Source: Mobula hypostoma (taxonomy: Eukaryota). From it: 64,000 nucleotides of DNA. Within the stretch, counting starts at the first letter, position 1; every line of letters starts with the position of its first letter. The translations under genes and the position numbers were made by a program. A model generated the notes under the pieces. The model made no database searches, was not told the DNA's origin, and worked only from the letters and a program-made list of their open reading frames with translations. Below are positions 38,705-49,424 of this stretch, one piece after another. Location: NCBI RefSeq assembly GCF_963921235.1, contig NC_086108.1, positions 80,416,001 through 80,480,000 of the forward strand, read 5' to 3'.

Positions 38705-41457
38705 TCCTGCTTGAGTACTGTTGGGGGAGATGGCTTACCTAGGGGAAGCCACAGTTTGGTTCCCACCCCCCAGCAATTCTAGTTTAAACTCTCCTCAATA
38801 GCCTCAGCAAACCTCCCCGCCAGGATATTGCTCCCCTTGAGATTCAAGTGCACAGAGTCTGGCCCTGTAGCTCAGAAGGGTAGGTAAAGGAAGAGGATGG
38901 CAGCAGTGAAAAAGAACTCTATAGTTAGGGGGTCAGAAAGGCAATTCTGTGGATGCAGGAAAGAAACACACATGGTAGCTTGCCTCCCAGTTGCCAGGGT
39001 CTGGGAAGTTTCTGATCACGTCCACGATATCCTGTAGTGGGAAGGAGAACAGCCAGAGGTTGTGGTACATATTGGTACCAATGACATAAGTAGGAAAAGA
39101 GAGGAGGTCCTGAAAACAGACTACAGGGAGTTAGGAAGGAAGTTGAGAAGCAGGACCTCAAAGGTAGTAATCTCGGGATTACTGCCTGTACCACGTGACA
39201 GTGTGTATAGGAATAGAATGAGGTGGAGGATAAATGAGTGGTTGAGGGATTGGAGCAGGGGCAGGGATTCAGATTTCTGGATCATTAGGACCTCTTTTGG
39301 GGCAGATGTGACCTGTACAAAAAGGACGGGTTGCACTTGAATCCCAGGGGATCAATATCTTGGCGAGGAGGTTTGCTAAGGCTATTGGGGAGAGTTTAAA
39401 CTCGAATTGCTGGGGGGTGGGAACTGAACTGAAGAGACGGAGGAAGAGGCAGTTAGCTCACAAATAGAGAAAGCTTGGAGACAGACAATAGACAATAGGT
39501 GCAGGAGTAGGCCATTCGGCCCTTAGAGCCAGCACCGCCATTCACTGTGATCATGGCAGATCATCCACAATCAGTACCCAGTTCCTGCCTTATTCCCATA
39601 ACCTTTGATTCTGCTATCTTTAAGAGCTCTATCCATCTCTTTCTTGAAAGCATCCAGAAACTTGGCCTCCACAGCCTTTTGGGACAGAGCATTCCATATA
39701 TCCACCACTCTCTGGGTGAAAAAGTTTTTCCTCAACTCCATTCTAAATGGCCTACCCCTTATTCTTAAACTGTGGCCTCTGGTTCTGGACTCACCCATCA
39801 GTGGGAACATGCTTCCTGCCTCCAGCGTGTCCAATCCCTTAATAATCTTATATGTTTCAATAAGATCCCCTCTCATCCTTCTAAATTCCAGTGTATACAA
39901 GCCCAGTCGCTCCAATCGTTCAACATATGACAGTCCCGCCATCCCGGGAATTAACCTTGTGAACCTACGCTGCACTCCCTCAATAGCAAGAATGTCCTTC
40001 CTCAAATTTGGAGACCAAAACTGCACACAATACTCTAGGTGTGGTCTCACCAGGGCCCTGTACAGCTGCAGACAGTGCGAGAGGGAGGATAGGCAGATGA
40101 TAGAGAAGGGAAGCGCTCAGACCGATGGTTTGAGATTTGTCTTATTTAATGCAAGGAGTATTATGAATAAAGCAGATGAGCTTAGAGTATGGATCAGTAC
40201 TTGGAGCTATGATGTTGTGGCCATTACAGAGACTTGGATGGCTCAAAGGCAGGAATGATTACTATGAGTTCCAGGCTTTAGATGTTTCAGAAAGGACAGG
40301 GAGGGAGGATAAAGAGGTGGGGCATGGAACTGTTGATCAGGGATAGTGTCACGACTGCAGAGAAGGAGGAAGTCATGGAAGGATTGTCTACAGAGTCTCT
40401 GTGGGTGGAAGTCAGAAACAGGAAGGGGTCAATAACTCTACTAGGTGTTCTTTATAGACCACCCAATAGTAACAGGGACATCGAAGAGCAGATAGGGAGA
40501 CAGATTCTGGAAAGGCGTACTAATAACAGGGTTGTCATATTGGGAGATTTTAATTTCCCAAATATCGATTGGCATCTCCCTAGAGCGAGCGGTTTAGATG
40601 GGGTGGAGTTTGTTAGGTGTGTTCGGGAAGGTTTCTTGACACAACATGTAGATAAGCCTACAAGAGGAGAGGCTGTACTTGATCTGGTATTGGGAAATGA
40701 ACCTGGTCAGGTGTCAGTTCTCTCAGTGGGAGAGAATTTTGGAGATAATGATCACAATTCTATCTCCTTTACCATAGCATTGGAGAGGGATAGGAACAGA
40801 CAAATTAGGAAAGTATTTAATTGGAGTGAGGGGAAACATGAGGCTATCAGGCAGGAACTTAGAAACATAAATTGGGAACAGATATTTTCAGGGAAATATA
40901 CAGAAGAAATGTGGCAAATGTTCAGGGGATATTTGCGTGGAGTTCTGCATAGGTATGTTCCAATGAGACAGGGAAAGGATGGTAGGGTACAGGAACTGTG
41001 GTGTACAAAGGCTGTTGTAAATCTAGTCAAGAAGAAAAGAAAAGTTTATGAAAGGTTCAAAAAAACTAAGTAATGATAGAGTTCTAGAAGGTTATAAGGC
41101 TAGCAGGAAGGAGCTTAAGAATGAAATTAGGAGAGCCAAAAGGGGCCATGAGAAGGCTTTGGCGGACAGGATTAAGGAAACCCCCAAGGCATTCTACAAG
41201 TATGTGAAGAGCAAGAGGATAAGACGTCGGAGAATAGGGGATCAAGCAAGTGTGACAGTGGAAAAGTGTGTATGGAACCGGAGGAGACAGCAGAGGTACT
41301 TAATGAATACTTTGCTTCAGTATTCACTACGGAAAAGGATCTTGGCGATTGTAGGGATGACTTACAGCGGACTGAAAAGCTCGAGCATGTGGATATTAAG
41401 AAAGAGGATGTGCTGGAGGTTTTGGAAAGCATCAAGTTGGATAAGTCACTGGGACTG
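38705..41457 (+). mobile_element. CR1 with degraded SGNH-esterase ORF1 and ORF2 endonuclease, interrupted by another CR1
   Basis: VVHIGTNDI..VISGLLPVP (ORF1); LFNARSIMNKADEL, VAITETW, YRPPNS, GDFNFPNIDW, LDLVL (endonuclease). Confidence 0.93.
39485..40069 (-). mobile_element. Young 5'-truncated CR1 nested in an older CR1
   Basis: Intact 159-aa C-terminal ORF (39571-40050); TSD AGACAG at 39479-39484 and 40070-40075. Confidence 0.95.
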
Positions 41458-41730
41458 TACTTGCAATGTCCAGGTGATCCAAGACCGCGTGAAGAACCAA
41501 TGAGATCACGTCCGCTGTAGACCTATTGTGGTGATAGGCAAATTGCAGTGGGTCCAGGCCTCGCTGAGGCAGGAGTTGATTCTAGACATGACGAACTTCT
41601 CAAAGCACTTCATCACCGTAGATGTGAGTGCTACTGGGTGATATTTGTTAAGCCAGCTCACCCTGCTCTTCTTGGGCACTGGTATGATTGTTGCCCTTTT
41701 GAAACAGGTTGGAACTTCTTACTGTAGCAA
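41458..41730 (-). mobile_element. Rex1/Babar RT fragment
   Basis: Minus strand encodes [36 protein letters not shown]. Confidence 0.85.
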
Positions 41731-42124
41731 TGGAGTAGAAATGGCTCCAGTTTGTTATCTTTGCCATTGAATCAGCATCATGATCCACCCGAATGCTGGA
41801 CAGCTAGGCTGAATACTTCACCATAGGCAGATGTTACATGTTATATTGACCTCATTTTGGGGAATTTTACAATAGAGAAGTGGTGCTAGGACAACACGCA
41901 TCCTGCTGAAAAGCGAGATGACAAATATCCAGACAGCTAATTAGGAACTCGGAAATATGTGCCACATTGGCCTACTCTTGGTTAAGTAAACTTGATTTTC
42001 AACAATTTTAAGAGTTAGAAGAAAATGTTTCTAAGAATGGCACTGCCATCTGCAGATAGTAAATCAGTAATGCAGGAACAAGTATCTCTCCTGCCCAGGA
42101 TTGTAAAATGCTATCTCGTTTCAG

Positions 42125-42138
42125 CCACCAGATGGCAG
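42125..42138 (+). promoter_or_regulatory. CTCF core motif
   Basis: CCACCAGATGGCAG is a 14/14 match to CCASYAGRKGGCRS, in non-repetitive DNA. Confidence 0.6.
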
Positions 42139-42439
42139 TAACTACATCTCTATAATTGTATCAGCACTTTGCTCTAAATTAACTCATTCCTTCTCTGATT
42201 CCTGCTATTTAAATATTAACTCACACCAATTTCCAGTTTTACACCATACTTGCACACAATAAATATTGTTTAAGCAACATGAAAAAAAACTACTCAGCTC
42301 AGGGAAGCAAACCCACTGGTCCCAGTCCCTCTCCCAATTTTCTCCGCATCCCAGGAATATTCTCTTACACAACTTGCCTAATAATTACCCTTCAATCCTT
42401 CCTGCCATTTTGGTGACTAAAAGGTCATTGACAGCAGCC

Positions 42440-42585
42440 TGTTAACCCACCAGCACGCCTTTGGGATGTGGGAGGAAATGAGAGTACAAGAAAGGAAACT
42501 CGTGATCAAAGGGTGAATGTACAAACTCACATGGAGAGTTTCGACCCCAGGTCTCTGCAGTTGTGAGGCAGCAGCACTAACTTCT
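42440..42585 (-). mobile_element. V-domain SINE fragment
   Basis: CTTTGGGATGTGGGAGGAAA core and reverse tRNA-like head. Confidence 0.6.
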
Positions 42586-42997
42586 GCAAAGTACAATAAC
42601 TACTTATATCAATCTGAACTCCTAGAAGCCTCTCAAAGTCCAACTCTGCATCCCCATTGTGAGAGGAGGAAACGGGTAGGGCCAGCCAGCAAGGCTCTGG
42701 TGAAGCTGTGTAAGCCAATCCTCTGTACAGCGGATGGAATGGGTTGCAGAAGCACTGATGAACTCCAGCCATACCATCGACTTCAGAGGATGATAGAGAT
42801 GGGAGGTCATCGATCTTACGAGCTCCACCGGGAGCTAAGGGCCCAAGTGCGTAAGAACTCCTAGAAGCCCAGAATTTATCCTATTGAATGAGATACATCA
42901 AGGAAATAATCAACTTGGTCAGCATTCTGAAACTTTTCCATTCTAAAGAGAAGAGTGTTCCTTGGAAATATTTTCAAAAAATATACCGTGTATATAC

Positions 42998-43708
42998 CCA
43001 GGATATCTTCAAGGAGTGGTGTCTCAGAAAAGCAGTGTCCATTATTAAGGACCTCCAGCACCCAGGGTATGCACTTTTCTCACTGTTACCATCAGGTAGG
43101 GGATACAGAAGCCAAAGACACACACTCAGCGATTCAGGGACAGCTTCTTCCCTTCTGCCATCCGATTCCTAAATGGACATTGAACACATGAACACTACCT
43201 CACTTTTTAAATATATATTATTTCTGTTTTTTGCATGATTTTTGATCTATTCAATATACGTATACTGTGATTAATTGATTGTGTGGGCACGTGGCCAAGT
43301 GGTTAAGGCATTGGACTAGCTACCTGAAGGTCATGAGTTTGAGCCCCAGCCGAGGGAACGTGTTATGTCCTTGAGCAAGGCACTTAATCACACATTGCTC
43401 TGCGACAACACTGGTGCCAAGCTGTATGGGTCCTAATGCCCTTCCCTTGGACAACATTGGTGTTATGGAGAGGGGAGACTTGCAGCATGGGCAGCATGGG
43501 CAATTGCTGGTCTTCCATACAACCTTGCCCAGGCCTGAGCCCTGGAGAGTGAAGACTTTCCAGGCGCAGATCCATGGTCTCACAAGACTAACGGATGCCT
43601 TAATCTAATTGATTGATTTATCTTCTATATTATGTATTGCATTGCACTGCTGCTGCTAAGTTAACACATTTTACAACATATGCCAGTGATAATAAATCTG
43701 ATTCTGAT
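42998..43708 (+). mobile_element. Rex1/Babar LINE 3' end, interrupted by a SINE
   Basis: KAVSIIKDLQHPGYALFSLLPSGRGYRS; tail AATAAATCTGATTCTGAT. Confidence 0.85.
43282..43605 (+). mobile_element. tRNA-derived SINE
   Basis: A box TGGCCAAGTGG, B-box-like AGTTTGAGCCC, GTCCTTGAGCAAGGCACTTAA body; 10-bp TSD TAATTGATTG at 43272-43281 and 43606-43615. Confidence 0.88.
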
Positions 43709-44969
43709 ATATATACACACTTGCACAAGGACAGTATATTGACACGTAGGAACAGTTCTGCAGTTGGCATTGGATAATGTGGGCAAAGTTCCACAACACA
43801 TCAGCACCCGCAGGAAACAATCTGAGAGGAAGTCTTGCTTATTATGAGGTCCCATGACAGGAATGTACTAACAGTTGAGATTATCATTTCCTTGCCTACA
43901 AACTAAACCAAGCAAGGAGGAAACTGATGCTGTGATAAATGACTGAAAATGAATGTGCAATAGACAATTAAATCAATCACATGTGTGTACAAAGTAGTGC
44001 CCTGCCCCCACTTTGCTGTAGTCCTACAAAGTGCAGAGTGATGCAAAATGAAGCCATGAAACAGCATGACCATCTGGCTGGCACAGGTCGTGCTTTACTT
44101 TAACACTACATAAAGTACAAGCGCTAACCTTCAGGGTTCAGAACACAGGAAGTGCTCTGTAAAAATTGCGGCTCCCCTCAAATTTGCCTGCAGCCATTCA
44201 ATTTAAAGGATGGAACAGTAAATGCTACATGACTAGGGTGTTATGTCAAAGTCGAATGCAGATTAATCACAGCTGCATCTTGAAACTGGTAACCAAAAAA
44301 CTGACTGGATATTTTTTGGATTTCATTATCTCAAATTCCAATATAACCCATTAAAACTGTACTAAACAGATACCTGTGCATCTGACAGGAAATGTTCTCC
44401 AAATCACAAGGAAGTGTGGCATTTGATATACTGCATTATTTTTGTCTTTGCATTTGAGATTAGTAATCAACTTGTGAACGCTCCTTGGCCTGTTTTCTGA
44501 ATCTGGAGTTTGCCTTCTGAGCTGATCTCACTATATTTTGGCTACTTCAGCAACAGCTTGACTCACAGTTGGTCTCACAGACTGCCGCTGTGGCTGGAGG
44601 AAGAGAGCAGCAGGGGCCGTGAGGGTCTCTGAGGAGGGCGCCATAATCCGAGAATGCACTCTTCTCTCTGAAGGTCTAGGAGATATTTGTTTCCCTGCGG
44701 ACACATTAAACTGTGTTCCGTGTGATCTGTAACCAGAGCCTTGCATCTGAGAATGGACAGCGTTGCCCATTCTGTCAGGACAAATGCAGTCAAAAATTTA
44801 AGCTTTAAGCTATTCTAGGGAGCATTTTGCCCATTTTTAGCCCACTACTGTACTAGTGAGCTTATCAGGTCTTTAGCACCAAAGACATCAAACCATGTTC
44901 AGGTCAGAAAAGAACTTTGATCGCACTCTTGGCTTCCCCTGGATAAAAGGTGAGATAACCCACATGCAT

Positions 44970-45163
44970 ACACAAGGAATTCTGCAGATGCTGGAAATTG
45001 AAGCAATACACATCGAAGTTGCTGGTGAACGCAGCAGGCCAGAGATTACTAGCTCTTCCTTCAGTTAGTCCTGATGAAGGGTCTCGGCCTGAAACGTCGA
45101 CTGTACCTCTTCCTAGAGATGCTGCCTGGCCTGCTGCGTTCACCAGCAACTTTGATGTGTGTC
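44970..45163. mobile_element. Penelope-like mini-insertion with inverted arm and 12-bp TSD
   Basis: TSD ACCCACATGCAT at 44958-44969 and 45164-45175; arms at about 45008-45042 and 45126-45159 are reverse complements. Confidence 0.9.
45067..45102 (+). ncRNA. Minimal type-I hammerhead ribozyme motif
   Basis: AGTC-CTGATGA-A-GGGTCTCGGCCT-GAAAC-GTC-GACT. Confidence 0.8.
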
Positions 45164-45579
45164 ACCCACATGCATGTAGACTTGTGAGCTTTCCGTCAGC
45201 ACGCTGAAATCTTTCTCAACGCAGAAAGGAATCCATTCCCCAGCAGTCATCTCGAAAGTCTGAGCCTGCAACAATCATAATGCATGTATGCTGCACAACT
45301 GCATTCTGCGACCTTTGAACATCGGTGAAGCATGCATAGACAAGCAGATGGTCTTTGAAAGACTTTTTGCAGGCCATGACCTCTTGCCTCCTGGTTACCT
45401 ATCAGCTCTTGCATCTCCCACTGTTCGTAGGCCCTTCATGCATATGACCTAATTTCAGGAGCCTTCTTTGGTATCCTCCCTCTTTGCTGCAGTAATAGAC
45501 TCTTTGGTTAATATTGAAAGGCCACCTTCTCTTTTAAATTGCTCTTCCGAAGATTCCATACCCTGGAATGTTAAATTGC

Positions 45580-46110
45580 CAGTCCCGCCCAATTTAAAAT
45601 GCGTCTGTGATAGCAATGATGTCCTATTCCCAGATGCAACACAACACTCTCAATTCATCTGTCAGACATCTGTCCTTGCATTAAAAGAGAGGCAATTCAG
45701 GCTTGCATTCCTCAAATATGCATGATCAAGTTTACATACACTCTGCCTCCTGGACCGATTAAGATTTCCTTCGATATTTGACCTTCCTCAGCCTTGACTG
45801 TCCTTCAGCCTGTCCTATTCCCCAGACAGATTAGTTTAAACCTTTCACAACAGCAGCAGCAACTCCCAATCCTGCAACTATATTGGACACGTTTTTGAAG
45901 TCAAAATCTATCTCAGCGGGCTATCCGGGATCTATACCAGTGATCCAAAACTCTAAACCTGTCCCTCCTGTACCATCTTTTCAGCGACACATTCGTCTAA
46001 CTCATCCTCACATTGCCATGCTTGCTGGCACACAGCACTGGAAGTAATCCCAATGTTGCATCTTTACAGGCCTATCTTTTTATTCTGTTATTTAGTACCC
46101 TTAATCCAAG
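45580..46110 (-). mobile_element. Very degraded CR1 ORF1/ORF2 junction remnant
   Basis: Minus strand resembles the GLLPV..GFRFLDHW..GTTTAAACTA region of the CR1 at 59750-59990. Confidence 0.55.
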
Positions 46111-47261
46111 TTCCAAGACATCATCACACTTTTAAGCTGTTAGTGGCTTTTTTTTGTATCCAATGGCAAATTTCTGGGCTGAAAATTTTTCCCCTCTATT
46201 TCGAGAGGAAGCATAAAACAAACCTCTGATTCTACTGTGGTTTTACTCACCACAGTGTATGCAAGATCGATCTCTAATTCTGGTAGAATTTAGGATAATT
46301 CAGCAATGCTGGCAATCCTACTCTTTTGAGAGTGCCAATTCCTTATTCACAAAACTATGAAGTAAAATTATCCAAGTCCAAAATTCCTCTTTGCCAGAAT
46401 CAAAACTGGAGGGGCGACAGGAATCGTTGCCCTCAGTTACTCTTCATGGATGCAGGTACGGTGCCTTTCTTTTAAGCCACACTCCTTGCTGCCCACATTC
46501 CCTGCCACCTAAATTTACAAAGGACAGGGGTTTAGCTTTTCATGTTGGTGGAATTTAAAGGCATCAATTTAATTTATTCAGTGTAAATTAGGAAAGAATT
46601 GTCACCTCTCTTTCCGCTCGAGTCTTTCCTTTTTTCACAACCTTTAACGTCTTTGTTTTTCTGCAGCAATGAATAATTAGTCAGGTTGCTGCTCTCTGTC
46701 ACACATGCAAATGATAACTGAATCGTGTCTGAAATGTGACATGGAAGTCAGTTCTTCCTCAGTAGGCAGCTCTAGTTACCTGGCATGATAGTTTTTTGTT
46801 GGCCCTTTGGACTTATTTTTGGATGCACCAGAGCCTTCTGGGTTACCCATCTTTCTTGGCCAAGTGCCTTCTATCCAAACATTTGCCAGTGTTGGATTTG
46901 ATCATAACTGATACTAATCCTCTTTACAGCATCAATGAGTGCAGGTCCTTCAACAAATGATCACAAAATAGGAAATTCTTATGTTCAATTGCTGATGTTC
47001 AATTGATACTTGTAGCCTAATTTTACGTTAAAAGACCTCTTGGCCCCAGTATTCATTAAAATGTTTGTTCTGAACCAAAGCATGTGGGAATTCCAAGCAC
47101 ACCAAGCTATATGCAGTGAGTCAGATCTTCCAACTTAATTCTAATTAATTTATTTTGCAGATTTGATTGGCTGACATGAAATCTGCTCATGAATCTCTCA
47201 TTGGGGAAGAAGTAGAGGATTGAGGAGCAATTGTGGATTCACTAGGAGCAAACACTGAACA

Positions 47262-48465
47262 AGATTTAACAATATTGGAAAAGTCTAACCAGAGTGGATA
47301 TGGAGAGGATATTTCCAGTAACGGCAGAGTCTAGAACCAAAGGGAACAGCCTCAGAATACAAGGACATCCCTTTATACAGAGAAGAGGATGAATTTCATG
47401 TCCTAGAGGGTGGTGAATCTGTGGAATTCATTGTCACAGATGGCTGTGGAGGCCAAGTCAAAGGACAAGGTTCAAAGGAACAATTTAACGACAGAGAAAT
47501 GTATACAAAATACATCCTGAAACGCTTTTTCTTTACAACCATCCACAAAAACAGAGCAGTGCCCCAAAGAATGAACAACAGTTAAATGTTAGGACCCAAA
47601 AGTCCCCCAGCTCCCCCCTCCTGTGCGTAAGCGGCAGCGAGCAACAATCCTCCCTCCCCCTATCGGCAAAGAGAAAGCATTGGCAGCGCCACCAAGCACT
47701 CAGGCATGAGCAAAGCAATAGCAAAGACAGAGACTCCTATTTACCCCAGAGACTTCGCGTTTCTCCAGGTATTCAACATACCACAGGTTCTCTTTCTTTC
47801 CCTAATAAGGGAGAAAGTGGTGTCTCCATTTTCCCAGCAAGCAGGGAAACATAAACAAACAACTCACTGGTTTACGACGTTAAAAGTCCGTTACGTTGCT
47901 TTTTTCAAGCTCTATGCCTGAAGATCACAAAGATCCCGGGTCTCCAGGCACACAGCCCTAAATATTTTGATTCCCCTGATGACACACGGGTCTGCTGTCA
48001 TGACACCGACCCTCAATCCACCCACCTCCAGAGTCCCGAGATCCTAGGCTTCCGAATCCAAGATGGACGCTTAGGCCAAGCCTTTGGTGTGCCAAACATC
48101 GGCCGGTTATGGAACCGTAATAGCAGGTTCCATTCCGCAAAGAACTGTAGTCAGCGTGTAACTCCAGGTCAGGGTCTTCAAAAGAACCCAGAAAGGGAAA
48201 AATAGAGATATTAAAGATGGAAATAAAGCTGTTTCCGAAGATACAAGCAAAGGAGTTGCCGTTAGGCGCCATTAACCCTCCGAAGTTCCGCCTTCTTCAT
48301 TGGGAATATTTAAAGTGCAGGTTAATGCCTCTTGATTAGTAAGGGAGTCAAATGTTATGAGGGAAGGCAGGAGAAGAGGGCTATAAGGGAAATAAATCAA
48401 CCATGATGGAACGACGGAGCAGACTTGATGAGCCCAATGGCCTAATTTTCTATGTCTTATGATCT
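47262..48465 (+). mobile_element. CR1 3' end split by an insertion
   Basis: RVVNLWNSLSQMAVEAKS stops at 47460 and resumes (TTGGGAATATTTAAAG) near 48300; tail TATGTCTTATGATCTT. Confidence 0.85.
47461..48297 (-). mobile_element. Non-coding element (about 840 bp) inserted in CR1, probable non-autonomous non-LTR element
   Basis: Cleanly interrupts a CR1; minus-strand head AATGGCGCC; 3' end ATTGTTCCTTTGAACCTTG resembles Rex1-type short-repeat tails; no coding homology recognised. Confidence 0.65.
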
Positions 48466-48912
48466 TAATACTTTCCATGAATTATTGTTGAATGCATTCA
48501 AGACTAAGCCCCAGACAGAAAGAGAGGCACAGTCAGACAAAGGCAGAGAAATGTCTTAGCTGTAGAGTAGGAAATAGGATTGCTATGGGGTAGCAAGTGG
48601 TTAATGGCCTATCTATTTCAGAAAAGCGAGACATTTCATTAATTGTCCTGTACCCTGCAGTGCACAAACCAGCCCTCCCTCACTGACTTGCCGAACTTAC
48701 GCCACTCACATCACTTTATGACACCCACACAAGTCTCAGCACTTGTCCTTCACTCGGTGTACTTCTTCACCTCCTCTGTATCTCTCCAGCAAGGGCATCC
48801 ACATCTGACATTACCAGACACTATGATGTGCCAGTCGATATCACCTGTAATAGAGAGCCCACACCTCAGTGAAGGGGGAAATGGATGGAGGTGAGCCGTC
48901 ACAAAATTGTGC

Positions 48913-49065
48913 AGCACACACAAAATGGTGGTGGAATGCAGCAGGCCAGGCAGCATCTATAGGAAGAAGTACAGTCGACGTTTCGGGTCGAGGTCCTTCG
49001 TCAGAACTAATGGAAAAAAGAGACAGTAAGAGATTTGAAAGTGGGAGGGGGAGGGGGAGGGGGAG
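48913..49065 (-). mobile_element. Penelope-like terminal fragment with TSD
   Basis: 10-bp TSD AAAATTGTGC at 48903-48912 and 49066-49075; homologous to 32205-32345. Confidence 0.88.
48973..49008 (-). ncRNA. Minimal hammerhead ribozyme motif with weakened stem II
   Basis: Minus strand: AGTT-CTGACGA-A-GGACCTCGACCC-GAAAC-GTC-GACT. Confidence 0.65.
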
Positions 49066-49424
49066 AAAATTGTGCCGTTGACTTACAGCCTCTGTGCTGC
49101 TGTGAGTCAGAGATGAGAAAACTAGTAATCAACAGATGGCTGGCAATAGAATTAAAAATATCTCTGACACACTCTGACTATTTCATCGATGACTGAACTA
49201 TGAGAAAACGGGTTGTCAAGATCACTACTTTCCCACAGCTAAATCACAGCCCTTCATTGAGAAAATCAAAGCTTTCAAATTGAATTATACCTTGCAGACG
49301 CGTATTGTACATCATCATTAGATCAATTAACCCGATTCTCTCAGAGGGTGCACTGTCACAAGACCTGTCAATAGCACCAGCAGAGATACCCATATATTGC
49401 TGGGCCCAGTTTATAATGCCACAA

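Noticed and set aside
39605..40258. 217-aa plus-strand ORF
   Set aside because: Chance fusion of the antisense of the nested CR1 with the start of the host CR1 ORF2.
43285..43350. tRNA gene (also 62293-62360 and 21320-21391)
   Set aside because: Only A/B boxes of SINE heads; no full cloverleaf, and each continues into a SINE body.
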